In this document: positions 1 to 9,461 of the stretch, piece after piece
Layout of the letters: every line of letters begins with the position of its first letter
How positions within the stretch are numbered: position 1 is the stretch's first letter
Assembly: GCA_963674965.2 (NCBI GenBank)
Contig: CAXXFL010000003.1
Coordinates: 160,001 to 224,000 of the forward strand
Origin: a bacterium
GTDB lineage: Bacteria; RBG-13-61-14; DATKZS01
Length of the DNA: 64,000 bases
Direction of reading: 5' to 3'
The notes under the pieces: model-generated
The model's input: the letters and a program-made list of their open reading frames with translations, nothing else
Database searches by the model: none
Told to the model about the DNA's origin: nothing
Program-made: the position numbers and the translations under genes

Positions 1-679
1 GGACGTGACGCTTTACTACCGGCGCGAGGAAAAAGAGATGCCGGCGCTTCAGGAGGAGATCGACGCGGCCCGCGAGGAGGGCGTCAAGTTCGAGTTCCTG
101 TCCAGTCCCACCAGGATCATCGAGGCGGGCGGCAAGGTCAAGGGCCTCGAGCTGGTCCGGATGAAGCTGGGCGAGGTTGACGGGAGCGCCAGGAAGCGGC
201 CCTTCCCGGTCGGCGGCTCGGAGTTCACCATCGAGGCCGACTCCATAATCTCGGCCATCGGGCAGGAGGCCGACCTCGAGTTCGGGCCCGGCAGGAGGCG
301 CATGGGCGTCGAGTTCGTGTCCAACCGAATCAAGGTGGACAAGAAGGGAAGGAGCCAGAGCACCAAGGTGTGGGCCGGAGGCGACGTGGTCACCGGTCCG
401 GCCATGGTTATCGACGCCATCCAGGGAGGAAGGGACGCCGCCATGGCCATCGACGAGTCCATTCGGGACCAGAACGGGGAAGAGCTGTGGAGGGAGACCC
501 CCGACGGGATCGAGATACCCTACTTCGAGGCCGCCGGGGAGATGGAAATGGTCCGGATACCCATGGCCCCCGCCAAGGAGAGGGTCAAGGACTTCAGGGA
601 GGTCGAGAAGGGCTACTCCAAGGAAGAGGCCATGCTCGAGGCCTCCCGCTGCCTCCGCTGCGACTTCCGTGGAGAGTGA
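1..679 (+). CDS. C-terminal part of a GltD-like FAD/NAD(P)-dependent oxidoreductase (5' end outside window; possibly an StnB/NuoF-GltD type subunit)
   Basis: YRREEKEMPA, EEGVKFEFL, ISAIGQ, WAGGDVVTGP..IDAI and C-terminal EASRCLRC motifs. Confidence 0.8.
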   Translation, partial: DVTLYYRREEKEMPALQEEIDAAREEGVKFEFLSSPTRIIEAGGKVKGLELVRMKLGEVDGSARKRPFPVGGSEFTIEADSIISAIGQEADLEFGPGRRRMGVEFVSNRIKVDKKGRSQSTKVWAGGDVVTGPAMVIDAIQGGRDAAMAIDESIRDQNGEELWRETPDGIEIPYFEAAGEMEMVRIPMAPAKERVKDFREVEKGYSKEEAMLEASRCLRCDFRGE

Positions 680-703
680 TCCCAAAAAAGGAGCAATGAG
701 CAG

Positions 704-3226
704 ATGACGGAAATAACGCTCACCATAGACGGCCGGTCGGTAACGGTGGAAAAAGGCAAGACCGTTCTCGAGGCCGCCAGGTCCGCCGGCATAGAGATAC
801 CCACCATATGCGCCCATGAGGACCTGCCTCATTACGGCTCGTGCCGGATGTGCATCGTCAACATCGAGGGCGTAAGGGGATACCCGACCTCCTGCACCAC
901 GCCCGCCGAGGACGGCATGGTGGTAAGGACCCAGACCGAGGAACTGAGGAGCCTGCGGGCGCGTATTCTCGAGCTCATGCTCTCGGGCCATCCCAACTCC
1001 TGCCTGGTCTGCGACCACCGGGAGGACTGCGAAAGATTGAGGCCCAAGCCCACCAAGTCGGGACGCGCCACCAGGTGCGGGGTCTGCTCGAACCGGGACG
1101 AGTGCGAGATTCGAGGCATGACCTTCCAGCTCGAGCCAGAGTACGAGCTCGAGCTCGCCACCATATACAAGGAAAGGGCGGTCGAAAAGTACGACCCCTT
1201 CATGGACCGCGATTACAACCTCTGCGTCCTGTGCGGGAGGTGCTGGAGGATTTGCGAGAAAATTCACGGCAAGCCCGCCATCTTCATCATCAACCGGGGA
1301 AAGAACGCCAGGCCCGGGACTTATTTCAACAAGAGCCACGTCGAGTCGGGATGCACCTTCTGCGGCGCCTGCGTGGACATCTGTCCCACCGGGGCCCTGT
1401 CCGACCGCTACGCCAGGTGGTACGGCTTCCCCGACGAGGAGGTCAAGTCCACCTGCGTGCTCTGCGCCGAGGGATGCCCCATCTGGACCCAGGTCTCGGA
1501 GTTTAAGACCGTGGCCAACCGCATGACCGGCTTCAACCGCGAGAAGAGGCTCTGCGCCATGGGCAGGTTCGCCTACGCCCAGTTGGTCAACTCCCCCGAC
1601 CGCCTGCTTCGGCCGCTGGTCCGGGAGAACGGCGAGCTTATTTCCGTGGACTGGGACGAGGCGATAAAGCGGGCCGCCGAGCTTCTTACGGGATGCAGGG
1701 GAGACGGCTTCGCGGTCATCGTGAGCGCCTCCGAGACGCGCGAGACCCGTTTCCTTTACAAGCGCCTGGCCAGGGAAGTTATGAAGGGACACATGATCAA
1801 CGTTCCCTTTGGCGGCTGCCTCGACGACGCCGAGCCCCGCGAGCTGGTGGCCGACCTTAAGTCGGGCAAGATAAAGTCGGTCATCTGCGCGGGCAACTAT
1901 CTCGACCCCGAGACGATCTCCCTTATCGAGGCCCTGGTGGTGGTCGATTTCCTTCCCTCTCCCTTGCTCGAGGCCGCCCACGTGGCGCTGCCCGCGGCGG
2001 TCCTGTCGGAAGTGGAGGGGACCTTCAAGGACCATCTGGGAGAGATCAAGGCCGTCATCAAGTCCAGCGTGGCCCCCGGCCAGGCCCGGGGCGGATGGCG
2101 CGTGGCCAGGGACCTGGCCAGGGCGCTGGGCGGAAAAGGGTTCGACGACGAGTCCCCCCGCGCCGTGACTCCCGACGTGGAAAAGGACAGGCCGCCCAAG
2201 GCCCCGAAGGTCTCGCCCCGCGACGGCCTCGACGCCCTGCCCGTGAGGTTCAGGGGACATTACATCGCCGACGCGGTTTGCGCGCTCGAGTCCATGGGCC
2301 TTCCCACCGCCCCGAGGACCAAGGCGGACCAGGCTTCCGCCGGCGGCTTCCTGGTGGTCGAGAAGGAGGAGCCCATCCCCAACTTCCATTTCCTCAAGAT
2401 CGAGGCCCCGGCCGTTGCGTCCTACGCCAAGCCCGGCCAGTTCGTGATCGTCATGACCAGGGAAACCTCGGAGCGCGTTCCCTTTACCCTGGTGGACTGG
2501 GACGCCGGGGAGGGGACCATTACCCTCGTGGTCGAGGAAGTGGGACGCTCGAGCCGCGAGGTGGCGGCCCTGAAAAAGGGAGACCGGATCGCCCACGTCA
2601 CCGGTCCTCTCGGGCTTCCCTTCCCGATCGAGAAAAAGGGGACCGTGGCCCTGGGCGGCGGCTGTTACGGCATCGGCGCCATCTATCCTATCGCCAAGGC
2701 CCTCAAGGAGGCGGGCAACAAGGTTATTACGACCCTCGAGGCCTCGAGCCATTACCTTCTTTACTGGGCCGATAAAATAGCCGCGGTCAGCGACGAGTTC
2801 CACGTGGCCACCAAGGACGGAAGCGAGGGCAGGAAGGGCGGCGTGCAGGAGGTCTTCATGGACCTTATCGAGAGGGGCGAGAAAATCGACGCCTTCGTCG
2901 CCATTGGCTGCACCTTCATGATGCGCATGGTCAGCGAGAAAACCAGGGACTCCGGAGTGCCGACCTACGTGGCCCTCAACCCCATCATGGTCGATGGGAC
3001 GGGCATGTGCGGCGCCTGCAGGGTTTCCATCGCCGGCGATACCAAGTTCGCCTGCGTGGACGGCCCCATTTTCAACGGCCACGACGTGGACTGGGACGAG
3101 TTGTTCTCGAGGCGGGGCGCCTACGGCGTGGTCGAGATCGAGGCCCTGCCCCAGGACGCGAAAATCAAGGGAGAGGGCGGACACAAGTGTCACGGCTCCT
3201 GCTCCCGCGACGACCATCAACGCTAA
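704..3226 (+). CDS. Fusion of a NuoG/FdhA/StnC-like Fe-S region (aa 1-~545) and an NfnA/SudB-type FAD/NAD/2Fe-2S subunit (aa ~549-840)
   Basis: IPTIC..GSCRMC..TSC (2Fe-2S); HPNSCLVC; CVLCGRC and CTFCGACVDICP; CVLCAEGC..LC; then AKPGQFVIV..ERVPFTL, GPLG, GGGCYG, NPIMVDGTGMCGAC..CVDGP. Confidence 0.85.
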   Translation: MTEITLTIDGRSVTVEKGKTVLEAARSAGIEIPTICAHEDLPHYGSCRMCIVNIEGVRGYPTSCTTPAEDGMVVRTQTEELRSLRARILELMLSGHPNSCLVCDHREDCERLRPKPTKSGRATRCGVCSNRDECEIRGMTFQLEPEYELELATIYKERAVEKYDPFMDRDYNLCVLCGRCWRICEKIHGKPAIFIINRGKNARPGTYFNKSHVESGCTFCGACVDICPTGALSDRYARWYGFPDEEVKSTCVLCAEGCPIWTQVSEFKTVANRMTGFNREKRLCAMGRFAYAQLVNSPDRLLRPLVRENGELISVDWDEAIKRAAELLTGCRGDGFAVIVSASETRETRFLYKRLAREVMKGHMINVPFGGCLDDAEPRELVADLKSGKIKSVICAGNYLDPETISLIEALVVVDFLPSPLLEAAHVALPAAVLSEVEGTFKDHLGEIKAVIKSSVAPGQARGGWRVARDLARALGGKGFDDESPRAVTPDVEKDRPPKAPKVSPRDGLDALPVRFRGHYIADAVCALESMGLPTAPRTKADQASAGGFLVVEKEEPIPNFHFLKIEAPAVASYAKPGQFVIVMTRETSERVPFTLVDWDAGEGTITLVVEEVGRSSREVAALKKGDRIAHVTGPLGLPFPIEKKGTVALGGGCYGIGAIYPIAKALKEAGNKVITTLEASSHYLLYWADKIAAVSDEFHVATKDGSEGRKGGVQEVFMDLIERGEKIDAFVAIGCTFMMRMVSEKTRDSGVPTYVALNPIMVDGTGMCGACRVSIAGDTKFACVDGPIFNGHDVDWDELFSRRGAYGVVEIEALPQDAKIKGEGGHKCHGSCSRDDHQR

Positions 3227-3250
3227 CCTAACCTGGAAGCGAGCGAGAAC

Positions 3251-4726
3251 ATGAACGACGAGGATAAAAAGAAGAAAAAGGAAAGAGTTCCACGACAGCC
3301 CATGCCCGAGCAGGACCCCCGCAGCCGGCGCAACAACATGAGTGAGGTCCCCTACGGCTACTCGCCCGAGACGGCCATGCTCGAGGCCTCCCGCTGCCTC
3401 AACTGCAAGAAGCCCAAGTGCGTCGAGGGATGCCCGGTGAACATCAACATCCCCGGCTTCATCAGCCTCATCGCCGCGGGCAAGTTCATCGAGGCCGAGG
3501 CCAAGCTCAAGGAGCAGACGGCCCTGCCGGCGGTCTGCGGCCGGGTCTGCCCGCAGGAGTCCCAGTGCGAGTCGAGGTGCATCCTGGGCAAGAAGCAGGA
3601 ACCCGTGGCCATTGGCCGGCTCGAGCGCTTCGCGGCCGACTACGCCCGGGAAAAGGGCGAGTTCAAGAAGCCCGAGATGGCCCCTCCCACGGGGAAGAAG
3701 GTCGCCGTCGTCGGGGCCGGACCCGCCGGCATCACCGTGGCGGGCGACCTGGTCCGGTGGGGACACGAGGTGGTCATGTTCGAGGCCCTGCATCTGCCCG
3801 GCGGGGTCCTCATGTACGGCATACCCGAGTTCCGCCTGCCCAAGGCCATCGTCCAGCACGAGATCAATAACTTAAAGGCCCTGGGCGTGGCCATCCACGC
3901 CGACCACGTCATCGGCAAGACCGAGACCGTCGAGGAACTTTTCGACCTGGGCTACGACGCCATCTTCGTGGGATCGGGCGCCGGGCTTCCCATGTTCCTG
4001 AAAATCCCCGGGGAGAACGCCATCGGCGTTTACTCGGCCAACGAGTTTTTAACCAGAATAAATTTGATGAAGGCCTACGATTTCCCGCGTTACGCCACGG
4101 CCCCCGTCAGGGCGCGCCACGTGATCACCGTGGGCGGCGGCAACGTGGCCATGGACTCGGCTCGCAACTCGATCCGGCTGGGGGCGAAATCGACCATCGT
4201 TTACAGGAGGAGCCGCGAGGAGATGCCGGCCCGGGCCGAGGAAGTCCATCACGCCGAGCAGGAGGGCGTCGATTTCCACCTCCTTACCAACCCCGTCAGG
4301 ATACTAACCGACGACAAGAACCGGGTCACCGGAATGGAGTGCCTGAAAATGGAACTGGGTGAGCCGGACGACTCGGGCCGGAGAAGGCCGGTACCCGTCG
4401 AGGGCAGCAACTTCGTCATCGAGGCGGACACGGTGATCATCTCGATCGGCAACCGACCCAACCCCCTCATACCACAGACCACTCCCACCCTCGAGACCAC
4501 CAGGTGGGGAACCATCGTGGCGGACGAGGAATCCATGGCCACCTCCATGGAGGGCGTCTTCGCCGGAGGCGACGTGGTCTCGGGCGCGGCCACCGTCATC
4601 AGCGCCATGGGCCAGGGCAAAAAGGCGGCCCTCAGCATCCATCGCTACCTAATGGACGCCGACCCCCCCGGCTATGAAAAACCGGAAAAGGAAGAGGAGA
4701 AAAAAGAAGCCGCCGCCGGGGCCTGA
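3251..4726 (+). CDS. nfnB: NfnB/SudA/GltD-type NADPH-dependent flavo-Fe-S subunit
   Basis: EASRCLNCKKPKCVEGCP, CGRVCPQESQCE, GAGPAG, YGIPEFRLPK, GGGNVAMD, FAGGD; directly follows the NfnA domain. Confidence 0.85.
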   Translation: MNDEDKKKKKERVPRQPMPEQDPRSRRNNMSEVPYGYSPETAMLEASRCLNCKKPKCVEGCPVNINIPGFISLIAAGKFIEAEAKLKEQTALPAVCGRVCPQESQCESRCILGKKQEPVAIGRLERFAADYAREKGEFKKPEMAPPTGKKVAVVGAGPAGITVAGDLVRWGHEVVMFEALHLPGGVLMYGIPEFRLPKAIVQHEINNLKALGVAIHADHVIGKTETVEELFDLGYDAIFVGSGAGLPMFLKIPGENAIGVYSANEFLTRINLMKAYDFPRYATAPVRARHVITVGGGNVAMDSARNSIRLGAKSTIVYRRSREEMPARAEEVHHAEQEGVDFHLLTNPVRILTDDKNRVTGMECLKMELGEPDDSGRRRPVPVEGSNFVIEADTVIISIGNRPNPLIPQTTPTLETTRWGTIVADEESMATSMEGVFAGGDVVSGAATVISAMGQGKKAALSIHRYLMDADPPGYEKPEKEEEKKEAAAGA

Positions 4727-4739
4727 CTTGGATCGCCAT
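4711..4739. repeat. 29-bp direct repeat, copy 1 (spans the nfnB stop codon)
   Basis: CGCCGCCGGGGCCTGACTTGGATCGCCAT identical to 5196-5224. Confidence 0.95.
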
Positions 4740-4754
4740 TTTGGTTCCCCGATA

Positions 4755-5020
4755 AGTCCCGTAGGGACGGCGGTCTATAGCCCAGGGTGAAGGCCGCGAT
4801 TGGCGGCCGAAACCCTGGGAGAAGATGACGATAAACAAATGAGTCCAAAAGGGACGGCGAAAATGAGGAAAGGCCCGGTAAAATACGGCCATCTTCCTGG
4901 CTGGAAATTTTGCGCCGCGCCTTCAGCGCTCGGGTTCTTGCTTGATCTCATACCCAGGGTTACGGACGCGGAGCGCGTCCTCCACCCTGGGCTGTAGATC
5001 ATCGCCCCATCCGGGGCTTT
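4755..5020. repeat. REP-like nested fold-back element
   Basis: CTATAGCCCAGGGTG..AACCCTGGG (4775-4820) mirrored by ACCCAGGGTT..CACCCTGGGCTGTAG (4952-4997); terminal hairpins GTCCCGTAGGGAC and GCCCCATCCGGGGC. Confidence 0.6.
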
Positions 5021-5056
5021 AAAGGAGCGAAAAGAGAGCGGTGGCCCGGCAGGTTT

Positions 5057-6238
5057 TCAAGAAACCGAGCGTGGTACCTCGAATCGGGATGGGCTGCGGG
5101 CCCGGATAGCTTCGCAAGAAACCGTTCGGGGCTTTGCGGGAGCGACAAGGACGGGGCGCCATCGGTATTCAATTTTCAAAGAGCAAGGCGGGTCGCGCCG
5201 CCGGGGCCTGACTTGGATCGCCATGCCGTCATCGCGTGAAAGCCGCGGGACGCCGGGTGACCCGTCCGGTTTCGTAAGAAACCGCGCGGGTCCCGCGAAG
5301 CGGGATGGGTACGGGGCCGCGTATTTCTCGTTACCGCGTATTTCCCACCTGCCCATACACCTATCCGGCTCCACCGGCCCCGGGCGGTTTTTGGCAAAAC
5401 CGGCCGGGGCACCCCACCAAGGCGATCGTCCTTTGCCAAAGGCCAGACAAGGACCGTCACGGGGGCGGGCGCAGTCGGACTCGAGGAAGTCAGCGCGAAA
5501 GACCGGCCAGCCGGATTTTTCGATCATCGATGCCATCGCGGCAAGGCCGCCGTCGCTCTCGACTTCAGCCAGATAGGGATTGCCTTTGACAGGACTGTAA
5601 ACCGGGCCGCGTAAAAGATAGACCAGGAGCAGGAACTGGAAAGCCTCGAAATCTTCGTCGGCGTGGGCCCGGGCGTAATAAAAACCGTCGATCAAAAGGG
5701 CCGGGCCGAAGCTGAAGGCCAGGTCGAAGGCGCGCTCGCGAGGAACGAACATTTCATCAAGGCCGGCGATGACCTCGTCCGGCACGTCCACAAGATAGTC
5801 GGGAACTTTGGCGGTCCTTAGCCACGTCTGTATTTGATAGCCCACGTGCTCCGGCTCGGGCGGGGTCCCGAAAAATCCATGGTCGAACTCGTCAAGCTCC
5901 TTCAACCCGGCTTTCACCGCCGGGCACTCGGGGCAAGTCGAGAGCCAGCGGCGGCATTGTATGGTCATCTCGCCGGACCGGGTCTCGGATAGTTTGATGA
6001 GGAAATTGCGGGCCAGGACGCGAGCGATCCGCTTGAACTTCACCGTGGACAGGCCGCACCGCTTGGCCCAGGCCCCGGCGGGCAAAGTCAGGGCCCGGTT
6101 CTCCTCCCCCTCGGCCCGCTCGGCCAGAATCTCGATAAGATAATAGTAAAGCCCATAACCCTCGAGCCCGCACCTCTTCATCACCTCGCTCTTGGCCCAG
6201 TCCCGGCCCGCGTCCACCTCATGCTTGAACCATCGCAT
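5057..6238 (-). CDS. DUF4373/Lin1244-like N-terminal domain protein (phage replication-initiator-like); C-terminal third probably runs into repeat DNA
   Basis: MRWFKH..D..K....GLEGYGLYYYLIEILAE signature; GAGGAG RBS upstream. Confidence 0.6.
   Translation of the reverse strand: MRWFKHEVDAGRDWAKSEVMKRCGLEGYGLYYYLIEILAERAEGEENRALTLPAGAWAKRCGLSTVKFKRIARVLARNFLIKLSETRSGEMTIQCRRWLSTCPECPAVKAGLKELDEFDHGFFGTPPEPEHVGYQIQTWLRTAKVPDYLVDVPDEVIAGLDEMFVPRERAFDLAFSFGPALLIDGFYYARAHADEDFEAFQFLLLVYLLRGPVYSPVKGNPYLAEVESDGGLAAMASMIEKSGWPVFRADFLESDCARPRDGPCLAFGKGRSPWWGAPAGFAKNRPGPVEPDRCMGRWEIRGNEKYAAPYPSRFAGPARFLTKPDGSPGVPRLSRDDGMAIQVRPRRRDPPCSLKIEYRWRPVLVAPAKPRTVSCEAIRARSPSRFEVPRSVS
5196..5224. repeat. 29-bp direct repeat, copy 2
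   Basis: Identical to 4711-4739. Confidence 0.95.
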
Positions 6239-6960
6239 GTTCTCCTCCTCGCAAAAAATGCCCTTCTATATATGGCGAAACGGGTGCATTTTTGTGGAGC
6301 GCCGGTTGACGAAATGCTGGGTTTACGCGCCCGCGATTATATACCGTTATGGTTAATTACATAATTCCGGGAGGTAAGGGGCGCCGAAAAAAATATCGTC
6401 TATCCCTAATTTACGACTTCAATTCCATCTCCGCTCGACGGTAAAACCCGGCCGTATAATAAATCAGGGTCGCCCACGCGTTTTGCGTGGGTGAGCGCGG
6501 CGAACGGGCTGAGCGTATAAAGGTTGATCGCATGTTGATTATACTCCTAGTGGCCTCGACACGGAGAGGGATGAGGCCTGAAAAGTGGGAGGAACTCAGC
6601 CCGCGGCTTACGCCGCCCATGCAGCACGCATAGATGGGCCACCCTTCCCTTTATCGACCAGGGTATCTGGGGACAGCATACCTTCTTAATAGTGGTAACA
6701 ATAAATATGATTAAGCGCAACGGGTAGCACACACATAGCTTGTGTGTGTTCGTCCTCAGGGAGCAGGACAGCATGTAGAGCATATGCTTGCAAGCATCTT
6801 CATGGGATCAGGCTGAACGTTTCTGACGCCAATCGTATTTAACGGACCTTTTTCAAGTGGAGGAGCTAAAAACAATCCGTGCTTAAATAAAAAATCCGTG
6901 AGAACGGGACGTTATAATGTTATCAATCACAATAACCATCACTAAGGAGGTGAAACCATT

Positions 6961-7422
6961 ATGACACAAGGCGTTCTTCCTTTCCATTACGAGTAGGCAA
7001 AAGTTGACGAGGGCTCGACTTCCCATGCGGGGCTTCCGGTCTACCTTGATCTTTTCGAGGCGTTCGGCCTTCGCGAGTCTCTCGACCGTCACGTTGGCGC
7101 TCGAGGCGAGCAGGCGCGCTCGGTGATGAAAGGCGACCTGGCCGGGGGCAAACTCCCCTCCGGCGATTTCGGCGAGAACGCGGCCTGGTGGATGTTCATG
7201 ATCCTGGCCTACAACCTTAACGCGGCCATGAAGGGCCTGGCGCTCGGCCAAGGCTTTCGGCGCCGGCGGATGAAGGCCGTCCGCTTCCACCTGATCAACT
7301 TGCCCGGCCGGGTGGCGAGCGGCTCCCGCCGTCTGAAAGCGCGCCTGGCCGAGGGCCATCCTTCGTTTCCGTTACCTCTGTCGGCGAGGCTTAACATCCT
7401 CGAACTCGCGGCCCCGAGTTAG
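6961..7422 (+). pseudogene. IS1380-family transposase remnant (internal deletion plus nonsense codon)
   Basis: AAGGAGGTG RBS; MTQGVLPFHYE* (TAG 6994-6996)..HAGLPVYLDL joined in frame to the C-terminus MKGDLAGGKLPSGDFGENAAWW..LAYNL..RFHLINLPGRV; central DDE region absent. Confidence 0.7.
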
Positions 7423-7653
7423 CTCGACAACCCCTTCTCCGCCCGCCTTAATCGTCAACCTTTGGCCTGCCTACGTCGCCGGCCTCGGCCGAGTTAGCCC
7501 ATTCGGACATTTTCGGCCCCCATCTCGATTTTTTACGTGGAGGCGACAATTAAAATTCGTCTTCTTCGAGAAATTCGCGCCATCCTGGCCGCAACGCACG
7601 CCTCCGAAAGGTGGTGAAGGGATTAGGCGGTGGATTATGGACGAATATCAGTC

Positions 7654-7682
7654 TTGACGCCGCCGGAGAACGGATTTATACT
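7654..7682 (+). promoter_or_regulatory. sigma70 promoter of tRNA-Arg
   Basis: TTGACG-N17-TATACT, 20 nt before the tRNA. Confidence 0.7.
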
Positions 7683-7702
7683 GTTAACTGTACGTAATTT
7701 GC

Positions 7703-7779
7703 GCGCCCTTAGCTCAATTGGATAGAGCGTGTGGCTACGGACCACAAGGTTGGGGGTTCGAATCCCTTAGGGCGTGCCA
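7703..7779 (+). tRNA. tRNA-Arg(ACG)
   Basis: Acceptor GCGCCCT/AGGGCGT, D-arm AGCTCAATTGGATAGAGC, anticodon arm TGTGG-CTACGGA-CCACA, GGTTCGAATCC, encoded CCA. Confidence 0.97.
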
Positions 7780-7875
7780 TTTTTTTGTCCGCTTTCAAGT
7801 AGTTATAAAAAATCAAGGCCCCAGCGCGGCTGGCTTTCGGGATACATCTCCCGCGTTTTTCTCCGATCAAAGCCA

Positions 7876-8178
7876 TTATTTTTTCCTCAGTTCGTCCATG
7901 GCCTTCTTCTGCATCATCCAGATGAAGAAGTCCGGGCTTAACCTGTTGATGTACCACAAGAACTTAGCCATGCCCGTCACCACGATAGTGGCCTTGTTCG
8001 CCTCGACGCCTTTCAGTATCTGACGGGCGCATTCTTCCGGGGGGAGGGCGTTTGTAAAAGGCTCGAGCATCTTTTCGCGCTCGAGGTTTCGAAGCTCGGT
8101 GGTATGCTTGATGGTCGTGTCGATAATACCCGAGGCCGCGCCAGTGACGATAGCCGTCTTCTCCGCGAAATAATCCAT
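7876..8178 (-). pseudogene. Short-chain dehydrogenase (SDR) remnant with an in-frame internal deletion
   Basis: KTAIVTGAASGI joined directly to IDT..PEECARQILKGV (C-terminal part); NAG and YxxxK region missing. Confidence 0.7.
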
Positions 8179-9414
8179 TCAAGGGTTCACCCGAAAATTC
8201 CTCACCCGATGGAAAGTGAGAAAATTGGCGTCGTGAAAATCATGGGCGCCTCCCATCCCGTCGTCGAAGGCGGTGCGGGAGACGAGGATAATGTCGTTCC
8301 CCTCGAATACCCAGTCCACGTATTGAAAGGCGTGCCTTTTAACGTCCGGATGGTGAAGTATGGTCCGCTCGATCTTCCAGTTAACGAGGTCGCTCGAGCT
8401 TATAAGAGTCTGGGCGTTCCGGACCTTAAAGGGGTCGCGACCTCCGGAACAACTCTCCGGCCCGGCGTTGGCCATGGTCCAGTAGCGGTCCGTCCTGGGA
8501 TCATGGCGGATGGTGAACTTCTTGGCCCCTCCAGGAAACTCGATGAAGCCATTTGCAGGATCGAAGGACGCCTCCCGTCCGCCGGGTCCAATCCGAACTA
8601 TGGCCGCCAGTTCCTTTTCACCGCACTGGTCGATCCGAAGGACGTCGACTATTCCTCCATCCGGGGCCTCGACGGCGTTTCCCTCCAGCCACACGCGCGG
8701 CCAGTCGCAAAGGGGCGACCTTCCCACCAGCCATGCCTGGTCGAAAGCCAGCCGCTCGGAAAGGGTCCAGCTATCCGCCCGAAGAAGGTTCGCGTCCTCG
8801 GGCGCCGAGGCCATGAAGGCGCTGAACCTCCGGTCCCAGGGAAAGGGCCCGCTGGTCTTTTCCATGGCCCGCCATAGTCGGCCCTCGTGGACGACGACGG
8901 GCACGGGGGCCGTATGGCTCCAGTCCTTTATTATGAGGCCGCTCTTGTCGTCGCGAGGCGTGGACCAGGACTCGCCCCCGTCGTCGCTTTTCACGATCAC
9001 CGCGTGGCCCATGCACCTCGAGGTACCCATCATGTAGGTCGAGCCGCAATGATGAAAGATGGACGCCCAGAAGAGCCCCTTGACGCCGGACTTGAAACTC
9101 CAAGTATTCCCGCCGTCGATCGAGGAAAAAACCAGGGTGGTCGGGCGGACGTACTCGTTCGACGCGGGCCCGAACAGGTCGCACTTGGCCAGGTAAGTGC
9201 CGTCGGGCAAAATGACGATCCCCGGCGAACCCACGTATTTCATGGTCCGGGCCGGGACGTGATACACGATGGCGCCCGGAACGCCGCTCTCCTTCAAGTC
9301 CTTTGCCCAAGCGGGGTCCCACCGCGGCGTCCCGGCCCCGGCCGGCCCGGCCCACAACGGCAAGGACCCGCCAATCAAGGCGCCGCACGCCGCGAGCATG
9401 TCTCTTCTGTTCAT
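8179..9414 (-). CDS. Tat-exported sialidase-family/BNR-repeat beta-propeller protein
   Basis: MNRRDML twin-arginine signal; Asp-boxes SIDGGNTW, SDDGGESW; FQYVDW. Confidence 0.75.
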   Translation of the reverse strand: MNRRDMLAACGALIGGSLPLWAGPAGAGTPRWDPAWAKDLKESGVPGAIVYHVPARTMKYVGSPGIVILPDGTYLAKCDLFGPASNEYVRPTTLVFSSIDGGNTWSFKSGVKGLFWASIFHHCGSTYMMGTSRCMGHAVIVKSDDGGESWSTPRDDKSGLIIKDWSHTAPVPVVVHEGRLWRAMEKTSGPFPWDRRFSAFMASAPEDANLLRADSWTLSERLAFDQAWLVGRSPLCDWPRVWLEGNAVEAPDGGIVDVLRIDQCGEKELAAIVRIGPGGREASFDPANGFIEFPGGAKKFTIRHDPRTDRYWTMANAGPESCSGGRDPFKVRNAQTLISSSDLVNWKIERTILHHPDVKRHAFQYVDWVFEGNDIILVSRTAFDDGMGGAHDFHDANFLTFHRVRNFRVNP

Positions 9415-9461
9415 GACAACTTAGCTCCTGGCCGGCCCGGCGGCCGCCGCGCGGGAGGACC

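Noticed and set aside
5040-5410. CRISPR array
   Set aside because: Repeats are degenerate and irregularly spaced; no cas genes and no regular repeat-spacer array seen anywhere in the window.
7703-7779. tRNA as attachment site of an intact prophage or island
   Set aside because: No duplicated tRNA 3' end and no integrase found in the window.
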